Origin: Patescibacteria group bacterium
Lineage (GTDB): Bacteria > Patescibacteriota > Minisyncoccia > Phycocordibacterales > PALSA-1337
Direction of reading: 5' to 3'
Assembly (NCBI GenBank): GCA_038064415.1
Contig: JBBTTD010000006.1
Coordinates: 1-52,919, forward strand
Length of the DNA: 52,919 nt
In this document: positions 35,104-42,739 of the stretch, piece by piece
Layout of the letters: each line of letters opens with the position of its first letter
Position numbering within the stretch: position 1 is the first letter of the stretch
Notes under the pieces: generated by a model
What the model saw: only the letters and a program-made list of their open reading frames with translations
What the model was told of the DNA's origin: nothing
The model's database searches: none
Translations under genes and position numbers: made by a program

Positions 35104-36186
35104 ATGCACAAGATTTCTCACTTTTTTCTGATTTTTTCCGTATTGTTTTTTGTTGTTTTTGTACCATTTAGTCACAAGATCGTTTTTGCGTCCAATTTTA
35201 CATTTATTCGTACAATGGGGGTTGGTTCATACGGTCAAGACGTGCGAGAATTGCAGAAAATTCTAAATAGTGATGCGCGGACTCGTGTAGCAGAAAGTGG
35301 TCTAGGGTCTCTTGGCATGGAGACTCTCTATTTTGGTGAGTTAACCAAAAAAGCGGTTATTAGGTTTCAAGAAAAATATCCAGACGAAATATTAAAGCCG
35401 AATGGCTTGTCTGTTGGTACGGGATTTGTTGGAAGATCTACTCTCGCCGTTGTTTCGTGGCTAAAACAAATATATGAGCAACAAGGAAATTTATTAGTTA
35501 CTACTACCACACAACAGATACAACCAATCAAGACCAATAATATTATAACCAATTCAGTTAATTCTGCTACACCCACGTCAACATCAGCTCGAATTTCTTT
35601 GACCCAGACATTGGCACCAATACTAAACACGCCGATAAACCCAAATCAAAAAAACCTTGATGTATTTTTATCTGGAATAGAGAATCTCGCTCAAAAAAGA
35701 GGAATATCAAGCGACAAAATTGCTCGTATGAAAAATCGGATAATAATTGACACGGCAACATCAACCGATTTACAAAAGAAATTTATTGAGACGGTGAATA
35801 GAAGTATCAGTAAGAAAATTCCTAGGCCAATACTTGGTGCGCTGGCTAATTTTTTCGGATCAATTAAATCAACCTTTTCTCCTGAACAAGTAAAGGCGGC
35901 TTCGGGAGTTCCTTTTGGTGGTGCTATCGTATTTACCTATTATTGTAGTTGCAGTCAAAATTGGTTGATTGAGATAACGCCACTACTTCCGTCATTTGTA
36001 ATTTTTCTCTCATATTATGAAGGAACCCAAGCTTTTCTTTCGTATAATATTCCTTTTACAACTTGGCTTTTGGGTGAATATGAGGCGGGCGCCGGAGTAT
36101 GCGTTACTGAACCAGAAGCTGATTGTGGCGTTGAACTTCCTAGTGAAGGAATGATTTCTCCAATGACCGGATCTTCTCCAATCTAA
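35104..36186 (+). CDS. Secreted peptidoglycan-binding domain protein with Cys-rich C-terminal domain
   Basis: Signal peptide; F.R.M..GS.GQDVRELQ.ILN, YFG.LT..AV..FQ, TGFVG..T; C-terminal YCSC...C..C. ATG 35104. Confidence 0.75.
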   Translation: MHKISHFFLIFSVLFFVVFVPFSHKIVFASNFTFIRTMGVGSYGQDVRELQKILNSDARTRVAESGLGSLGMETLYFGELTKKAVIRFQEKYPDEILKPNGLSVGTGFVGRSTLAVVSWLKQIYEQQGNLLVTTTTQQIQPIKTNNIITNSVNSATPTSTSARISLTQTLAPILNTPINPNQKNLDVFLSGIENLAQKRGISSDKIARMKNRIIIDTATSTDLQKKFIETVNRSISKKIPRPILGALANFFGSIKSTFSPEQVKAASGVPFGGAIVFTYYCSCSQNWLIEITPLLPSFVIFLSYYEGTQAFLSYNIPFTTWLLGEYEAGAGVCVTEPEADCGVELPSEGMISPMTGSSPI

Positions 36187-36284
36187 TAATTTTTATTTCC
36201 GGTATCCTTCAGGATATCAACGGCGGACTTCAACCTAAGTGAATTTAATGTTTCTTTAACCCAATTTTTGTTTGTTAATTTGAT

Positions 36285-37118
36285 TCAAATTAATTTCACG
36301 ATTTCTAACCACTGACTAGTTGTGATATTTTCCGCTCTAATTTTCAGATCCAATCCAATCTTTTTCCACGCATCCTCCAATTTTTCTTTCGTTACCACAG
36401 TTTCCAAATTTCTCACAGCAAACTTTCTTTTGTGGGCAAATCCGGCTTTTAAAACCTTAAAAAACGTTGTTATGTCTGGATTTTTGGTCACGAATTGCGC
36501 GTCTGAAATATCACTGATTGAAAGTATTGCCGAATCAACGGTCGGCGGTGGCGTGAATGCTCCAGGTGGGACATTCGCGATAATTTTTGGCGTGCCAAAA
36601 GCTTTTACTGATATTGACAGCACGCTTTCTTTTCCGTTGCGAGCCACGATTCTTTCCGCGACTTCTTTTTGCGCCAAAATAATCATTCTATTTGGTCTAG
36701 GTTCGTGTTCTAAAAATTTCTCTAAAATAGCGCCAGTTATGTAATACGGAATATTTGCGACTATTGAATAGGAGGAGAAAAATTGAGGTCGGATCTCGCG
36801 CGATTTCGTGTTAAGGTCCAATCCCAGTTTTTCTAATATATTTGGATCCAAAATGTCTCCGTAAATAATCTTTAGTTTCCCATCTTTGATTTCATTAAAA
36901 AAATCTTGCTCTACCATGTCAATCGTTCGTCTATCTTTTTCAATCGCCACGACATTTGCGCCGGCAGTTAATAGTGCGCGCGTCAAAACTCCGGTGCCCG
37001 GCCCTATTTCAAGCACATTTTCTCCTTTTTGGATGTTGGCCGCGGAAATTATTTGTTCCAAAACATGTTTAGAATTTAGAAAATGTTGCCCAAGTGATTT
37101 TTTTGGTTGAAGTTTCAT
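36285..37118 (-). CDS. rsmA: 16S rRNA m6,2A dimethyltransferase RsmA/KsgA, with short insertion
   Basis: KKSLGQHFL, EIGPG.G.LT, ANIPYYIT, QKEVAER, F.PPP.VDSA. Confidence 0.96.
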   Translation of the reverse strand: MKLQPKKSLGQHFLNSKHVLEQIISAANIQKGENVLEIGPGTGVLTRALLTAGANVVAIEKDRRTIDMVEQDFFNEIKDGKLKIIYGDILDPNILEKLGLDLNTKSREIRPQFFSSYSIVANIPYYITGAILEKFLEHEPRPNRMIILAQKEVAERIVARNGKESVLSISVKAFGTPKIIANVPPGAFTPPPTVDSAILSISDISDAQFVTKNPDITTFFKVLKAGFAHKRKFAVRNLETVVTKEKLEDAWKKIGLDLKIRAENITTSQWLEIVKLI

Positions 37119-39224
37119 TTAAAAATCAATAAATATCGCTTTCACGCCCGTTGGTTTTTCTGGAATACCCTCATCAAGTAACTTACTGTCTATGTCGGCA
37201 ATAAACTCTGAAGGGGTATTGATTCTTTTAGTTCCATATATTGTGCGAATAAGAGTATGACTCAAATGTACCTTCTTTTTAGCGCGAGTCAATGCTACAT
37301 AAAAAAGACGACGCTCTTCTTCCGCTTCCGATCCACTCGTTTCTTCATCGTCAGAGTGTTTGAACGGAAAAAGTTCCTGTTCCATTCCAGCGATAAAGAC
37401 ATGATCAAACTCCAGTCCTTTTGACGCATGAACTGTCATTAGTTTTACCGCATCCTCGTCTTTTTGTAGGTCATCTTGGTCTGTGGCTAAGGCGGCGTTT
37501 TCCAGGAATTTTTCTATTCCCGAAACGCCCAACTTTACAGATAAGAGTTCTGAACCCTCTTCGGAGCGCCGCTGGATTGCGTATTCATTTACTCCGAATG
37601 GCGGCGCGAGAAAAGACGGCTTTGCGAGCGATTCTGTTGTGCGAGCAAAGCCGATCGTGGGTGAAGAACTCTTATCTGTAAAGTTGGGCGTTTCGGATAT
37701 TGTAAGATCATCATACTGAGTCGCGACGGAAACTAATTCACGAATATTAAGTAGTCGCTCTAAATCTTCTGAATCGCCATCCAAAAGAAGCTTTTCTATT
37801 CCTGTTTCCTGAATAACAAATTTAATTGCTTCTGATGGCTTTTTTTCCATTATTTCATGTTGGATATCATCAAGTAATTTCCAAAAACCATCAATCTTCA
37901 ACCTCATGACTGGCGGGATCAAGTCTGGTCTGGCCGACATTATTTTGGCAATCGTGGCTTTACCTATCCCACGGATCGGAACATTGATTATCCTGCCAAT
38001 ATCACCCCAAGACTCTCTATTTAACGACGCCCTAATGTATGAAAGGACATCCTTAACCTCTTTCCTCTCAAAAAACCTAACTCCAACTAATTGGTAGGGT
38101 ATGTTTTTTTTAATGAATGCCTCTTCAATAACTCGTGATTGAAAATTAGTTCTATACAATACGGCAATATTTCTAGCTGATGTGCCACTTTCAATTAGTG
38201 ATCTGGCAGAATCGGCGATATTTCTAGCCTCATCTAGTTCTGTGTACGCGGCATTCAGGACAATCTTCTCCCCTTGAGCATTATCTGTGTGTAGAGTTTT
38301 CTTTTTTCGCAAATTATTCTTTTCTATGATGCTGTTTGCTGCGGCTAAAATTGTTTTTGTTGAACGATAATTTTTTTCTAAAGCGATCACTGTTGTGTTT
38401 GGGTAATCTTTTTCAAAGTTAAGAATATTTTCGATTGTCGCGCCGCGCCAGCTGTAGATATTCTGGTCAGCGTCGCCGACTACGCAAATATTCCTATGCG
38501 ATTCCGCTAAATATTTTGTTATTTTATATTGCACTCTATTTGTGTCTTGATATTCATCAACATGAATGTATTTCCAGATTGATTGGTAGCGTTTGCGAAC
38601 CGTTTCATTTTTCTCCAAAATATTCATGGTCTTTAAGAGCAGGTCGTCAAAATCCAAAGCTTTTTCTTTGGCTAAAATCGCGTCGTATTTTCTCCAGACA
38701 CTGGCGATTATTCCTTGGATATGATTTTTTGCCTCATCTGAATATTCTGAATGTCCGATCGCATTCCCCTTTGCGCGCGAAATCAAATTGAGGATCATTC
38801 CTGGTTCGTATTGTTCCGTGTTTATTGAAAGTTCCTCCATGGCTTGTTTTATTGCTTTTTTAGAATCTGATCGGTCAAAAATTGTGAAATGTCTGGTTAG
38901 TCCGACCAATTGAGTATTTTCTTTGATGATATGTACTCCAAGCGCGTGAAATGTGCTTAAAAACGGCCGTTCACTGATTGAAATAGGAATATTCAAGCTT
39001 TCATCCTCGGATATTAATGTTTCTACCCGTTCACGCATCTCTTTTGCCGCCTTATTTGTGAAAGTTATTGCCAAAATTTCATGTGGAGCCACGCCCTTTT
39101 TAATTAGATTGATGATTCTATGAGTTATTACCCTAGTTTTACCAGTTCCCGCTCCAGCGATAATAAGAAGTGGACCTTCAGTGGTTTCCACTGCGCGTTG
39201 TTGGGCTTCATTGAGGGTTGTCAT
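37119..39224 (-). CDS. pcrA: UvrD/PcrA ATP-dependent DNA helicase with a 59-codon element insertion
   Basis: AGAGTGKT, FTNKAA.EM, VDEYQDTN, VGDADQ.IY.WRGA, NYRS, MT.HASKGLEF, EERRLFYVA.TRA. Start 39224. Confidence 0.96.
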   Translation of the reverse strand: MTTLNEAQQRAVETTEGPLLIIAGAGTGKTRVITHRIINLIKKGVAPHEILAITFTNKAAKEMRERVETLISEDESLNIPISISERPFLSTFHALGVHIIKENTQLVGLTRHFTIFDRSDSKKAIKQAMEELSINTEQYEPGMILNLISRAKGNAIGHSEYSDEAKNHIQGIIASVWRKYDAILAKEKALDFDDLLLKTMNILEKNETVRKRYQSIWKYIHVDEYQDTNRVQYKITKYLAESHRNICVVGDADQNIYSWRGATIENILNFEKDYPNTTVIALEKNYRSTKTILAAANSIIEKNNLRKKKTLHTDNAQGEKIVLNAAYTELDEARNIADSARSLIESGTSARNIAVLYRTNFQSRVIEEAFIKKNIPYQLVGVRFFERKEVKDVLSYIRASLNRESWGDIGRIINVPIRGIGKATIAKIMSARPDLIPPVMRLKIDGFWKLLDDIQHEIMEKKPSEAIKFVIQETGIEKLLLDGDSEDLERLLNIRELVSVATQYDDLTISETPNFTDKSSSPTIGFARTTESLAKPSFLAPPFGVNEYAIQRRSEEGSELLSVKLGVSGIEKFLENAALATDQDDLQKDEDAVKLMTVHASKGLEFDHVFIAGMEQELFPFKHSDDEETSGSEAEEERRLFYVALTRAKKKVHLSHTLIRTIYGTKRINTPSEFIADIDSKLLDEGIPEKPTGVKAIFIDF
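37520..37696 (+). mobile_element. Palindromic element C (177 bp, perfect 32-bp arms) inserted in frame in pcrA
   Basis: 37520-37551 is the exact reverse complement of 37665-37696; 177 is divisible by 3; core matches element D. Mobility is inferred. Confidence 0.85.
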
Positions 39225-39271
39225 GCGGGTTAGTTTAACACATTGAAATGAATCGTTTTTGATTATGGTTA

Positions 39272-39434
39272 GGTGGGGTGGAGACAATTCCCCTTGAACC
39301 CTCTTCGGAGGCGTCGGGTAACTATAGTTTAACTATAAGATGTACACGATGCCGAGAAAAGAAAACTCTGCGAGCTTTTCTGTAATGCGAGCAGAGTTTA
39401 TCGTGGGTTCAGGGGGAATTGTCTCCACCCCACC
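39272..39434 (+). repeat. Palindromic element D (30-bp arms, 29/30) upstream of pcrA
   Basis: 39272-39301 pairs with 39405-39434 with one T-G; core in the same register as C. Confidence 0.9.
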
Positions 39435-39631
39435 ACACCATTTCCCAACATTCATTGACATTACAGCAAGTATTGTGACTGTGTATATCTTTCATTGACA
39501 ACACAACTCCACCTGCTACCCTTAATACATACCCACAGAGGTATTTACGGTGATATGGCTTTACAGAGCCATTTATTTATTAAAGGGTATAACACGGCGA
39601 GGAAGCAAAACAGTTATGATTGATTTGCAGG

Positions 39632-40699
39632 ATGGCAACAAATGTTATGCAATTAAATACAAAATATACAAAAAAATATTCTTCTTTTTCAAAGCGTCTA
39701 ACTACAGGCACCGCTATTTTTGCCGTGTCTATTGGTTCCATGATTATTTACGCAGGGACTGCTAACGCCGGTCTTATTTCTTATATTACTTCATTTTTAA
39801 GCGGTGAACAGGCTTCAGCAAAAATCATTCAAAATCCAATTGGGTCTAGTTCACAAACGATCGCTTTGCTTCAGGCCGCGACAAGCTATAATCCAAGCCC
39901 AGAACAACCATCAGGTATTTCTCCAATTGTTGGAAATGTTTTAATCGCGGATATGGCTTTATCAGAAACAAGTATTGATTCTGATACCTTTAGTACTCAA
40001 ATTAGTTCATATATTGTTCGTGAAGGAGACACTGTTTCTGGTATTGCCAAAATGTTTGGAGTATCAGTAAATACAATATTATGGGCAAATAACATCGGTC
40101 GTGCTTCGGCGCTTCGTGCGGGACAGACACTCATCATTCTTCCTATTACTGGTATCAATTACACCATCAAAAAGGGAGATACCATTAAAGGTATTGCCCT
40201 TCAATACAAAACCGATTTCAATGAAATCATTCAGTACAATGATTTGTCGTTAGATTCAACCTTGATTGCCGGCCAAACCATTATTATTCCTGATGCAGAA
40301 CAAACATCAAATCAAACCAAACCTGAAGCTAGTGGCCCAAGTTACAAAGGCTACTATATTCGCCCTATTATTGGTGGCACAAAGACACAAGGTCTTCATG
40401 GAAATAATGGCGTTGATTTAGCTTCCTATCCCGGAACCCCTATTTATGCTTCTGCTGCCGGCACAGTAATTTTAAGCTCAAATGGGGGATGGAATGGTGG
40501 TTATGGAAATTTGGTGATCATTTCTCATAACAATAGAACTCAAACCGTATATGCCCACAATTCCAGAAATCTTGTGTCAGTTGGTCAGTATGTAGATCAA
40601 GGGCAAAAAATCGCGGTTATGGGTGCCACTGGAAAAGTTGCTGGGATTACGGGCGTGCATTTACATTTTGAGATCCGTGGAGCCAGAAATCCATTTTAG
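39632..40699 (+). CDS. LysM-domain M23 family metallopeptidase
   Basis: Two LysM repeats (YIVREGDT..GIA.MFGVS..TI.WAN; YTIKKGDT), H..NGVD, YGNLV, YAH, HLHFE. Start 39632 or 39647. Confidence 0.9.
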   Translation: MATNVMQLNTKYTKKYSSFSKRLTTGTAIFAVSIGSMIIYAGTANAGLISYITSFLSGEQASAKIIQNPIGSSSQTIALLQAATSYNPSPEQPSGISPIVGNVLIADMALSETSIDSDTFSTQISSYIVREGDTVSGIAKMFGVSVNTILWANNIGRASALRAGQTLIILPITGINYTIKKGDTIKGIALQYKTDFNEIIQYNDLSLDSTLIAGQTIIIPDAEQTSNQTKPEASGPSYKGYYIRPIIGGTKTQGLHGNNGVDLASYPGTPIYASAAGTVILSSNGGWNGGYGNLVIISHNNRTQTVYAHNSRNLVSVGQYVDQGQKIAVMGATGKVAGITGVHLHFEIRGARNPF

Positions 40700-40729
40700 A
40701 TAGTACAAATCAGCGAATTTTATTCTCCC

Positions 40730-42262
40730 TTAAAATATTTTTTGTCTATATTGTAGGGCTTCCAAAATGAAGTCTTTTTTAATTATCTCTTCTCTTGCCA
40801 AATCAGCTATAGTTTGAGCAACTTTTATTACTCTATGAAAGGCCCTACCTGATAATCCGAATTTTTCCGCTGATATTTTTAGGATTGTCCGAGCGTCATC
40901 AGCTATTTTTACGCAAAGATCCAAATTTTGAGCGTCCATCTCGCTATTATAAAATATTGGAATTCCTTTTTCTTGAAATCGTTTAGTTTGTCTCAATCGC
41001 GCGGTAATTATTCTGGCAGATATTGCGCTAGAACTTTCATCAGAGGTGTTTTTGGCTGATAATTTATCATAATCTATTTTTGTGACACTGACCCAGACAT
41101 CCATTCTGTCCATTATTGGCCCTGAAATCTTTCTCTTGTAGTGATTTAGGGTTTTTTCCGAACAGACACAACCCATTTCTTTACCAAGTCCACACGGACA
41201 TGGGTTCATTGAAGCTATCAATATACATTGAGCCGGGAAAGTGATCACTCCACGCGCCCGCGATATGGTTATTGTTCTATCTTCAAGTGGCTGGCGCAAC
41301 GCCTCAATAACACTTCGGTCAAATTCCGGAAACTCATCAAGAAACAAGACCCCACGATGCGCCAAAGTTATTTCTCCAGGTTTTGGAAAACTTCCCCCGC
41401 CAACTATTGATGGATATGAAGCGGTATGATGGGGCGATCGAAATGGTGGATTAATAATAAGATCTTCTCGCAAGGCGTGTGCCGCCGAATGTATACCCGT
41501 TACTTCAACTGATTGTTCATAAGTCAGTTCGGGCAGAATTGAGCAAAAACTCTTGGCAAGCATTGTTTTACCAGTTCCCGGAGGTCCACACATTAGAATA
41601 TTATGAGCTCCGGCGGCGGCTATTTCCAACCCTCGTTTTGCCGTCTCATTTCCCCTAATTATACTCATGTCGTTTGTCATTTCTCTAGAACGGCGCGCGG
41701 GATATCCAACGGAATTTCTTATTGATATCGGATCTAACGAATTTCTATTTATTAAATGATCCACGATCTCTTTTATTGAAGAAACCGCATATATTTTTAT
41801 ATTTCTGGCTAAAGAAGCCTCCCTCTCATTATCTTTTGGGATAAAAGCTGAAGTGAATCCATGAGCTGAAGCTTGGCAAAGTATTGGTAATAATCCGTTT
41901 ATTTTCCTAATGTTTCCCTCAAGCGAAAGTTCTCCCAGAAATAACTTTTCATTTGGGTCAAATCCAACTTCACCAGAAGCTTTTAGATATGCCAGTGCCA
42001 TTGCCAGATCAAATGAAGGACCTTCTTTACGAATATCCGCCGGCGCCAACGAGATGACAACCTTTTGATTTTTCTGTTTAGGTGAGACGAATCCACTGTT
42101 TTTTATTGCCGCCGATATTCTGTCTTTTGATTCCTCAACTGCCCGATCACCCAGTCCGACCACGGAAAAAGAGTGTAGACCGTTGGAAATGTCCACCTCT
42201 ATAATTACGATTTCAGATTTGAGTCCAATGAGTTGGGCGCTATAAGTGATGGCGATACTCAT
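40730..42262 (-). CDS. comM: YifB/ComM Mg-chelatase-like AAA+ helicase
   Basis: VGL.D.AV.ES..R, LAPAD..K.G..FDL, GELSL.G, GPPGTGKT, PFRSPHHT, GEITLAHRGVLFLDE, NPCPCG, SGPIMDR.D. Confidence 0.93.
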   Translation of the reverse strand: MSIAITYSAQLIGLKSEIVIIEVDISNGLHSFSVVGLGDRAVEESKDRISAAIKNSGFVSPKQKNQKVVISLAPADIRKEGPSFDLAMALAYLKASGEVGFDPNEKLFLGELSLEGNIRKINGLLPILCQASAHGFTSAFIPKDNEREASLARNIKIYAVSSIKEIVDHLINRNSLDPISIRNSVGYPARRSREMTNDMSIIRGNETAKRGLEIAAAGAHNILMCGPPGTGKTMLAKSFCSILPELTYEQSVEVTGIHSAAHALREDLIINPPFRSPHHTASYPSIVGGGSFPKPGEITLAHRGVLFLDEFPEFDRSVIEALRQPLEDRTITISRARGVITFPAQCILIASMNPCPCGLGKEMGCVCSEKTLNHYKRKISGPIMDRMDVWVSVTKIDYDKLSAKNTSDESSSAISARIITARLRQTKRFQEKGIPIFYNSEMDAQNLDLCVKIADDARTILKISAEKFGLSGRAFHRVIKVAQTIADLAREEIIKKDFILEALQYRQKIF

Positions 42263-42299
42263 AGAGTTGAGAGTATCACTATGTAATCAAGAAATGATA

Positions 42300-42327
42300 A
42301 AGATTTGATCAAGATTTGATCAAGATC
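42300..42327. repeat. Tandem 11-mer AAGATTTGATC x2.5 containing palindrome GATCAA-N3-TTGATC
   Basis: Read directly; lies just upstream of the predicted comM -35 region. Confidence 0.6.
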
Positions 42328-42367
42328 GGAAAATGTGGCAGAAAATAGAGAGATTTGGAGTTAAGGA

Positions 42368-42730
42368 TTAGTGTGCGTGCTTGATGGAAACTCTCGCTGA
42401 AGGATTTGCTTCAAGGCGGTCCGCTTCAATTGGTTTTCCACAAACCTCACATATGCCGTATGTACCCTTTTCAATTCTATCCAATGCTCCAGTTACTTCG
42501 TTCAACTGTTTTTCCAATTGACTTACAATGCCAGAATTTTCCTCAATCTCTTCTAGCTTGTCAGCAACTTCGTTTTCATCAGCAGAGTCAACTTCCATGC
42601 CTCCGGCCGTTGCCTCCCAAACACTAGAGTTTCCAGCGACACGCTGACTAATACTCGCTAATTCTTTTTCAAGTTCGGATTTTTCTGTGATAAGTTTATT
42701 TTTGAATTGTTCAAACGATTTTTTACTCAT
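42368..42730 (-). CDS. TraR/DksA family protein
   Basis: Coiled coil with DENEVAD tip; ALDRIEKGTYG.CEVCG..I...RLEANP.AR. Confidence 0.85.
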   Translation of the reverse strand: MSKKSFEQFKNKLITEKSELEKELASISQRVAGNSSVWEATAGGMEVDSADENEVADKLEEIEENSGIVSQLEKQLNEVTGALDRIEKGTYGICEVCGKPIEADRLEANPSARVSIKHAH

Positions 42731-42739
42731 GGCCCCATA

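Noticed and set aside
37520-37696. PcrA insertion as an intein or self-splicing intron
   Set aside because: It is only 59 codons, has no Cys/Ser-start plus His-Asn-end intein motifs, and shows no group I or II core; it is explained by the palindromic element.
15168-39434. Palindromic elements as integron attC sites or CRISPR repeats
   Set aside because: There are no RYYYAAC/GTTRRRY ends, no cassette array, no regularly spaced direct repeats and no cas or intI genes.
41640-41760. comM insertion (NRNSLDPISIRNSVGYP) as another element copy
   Set aside because: It shows only an imperfect local duplication, without CGGAG/CGAG or GAGGT motifs.
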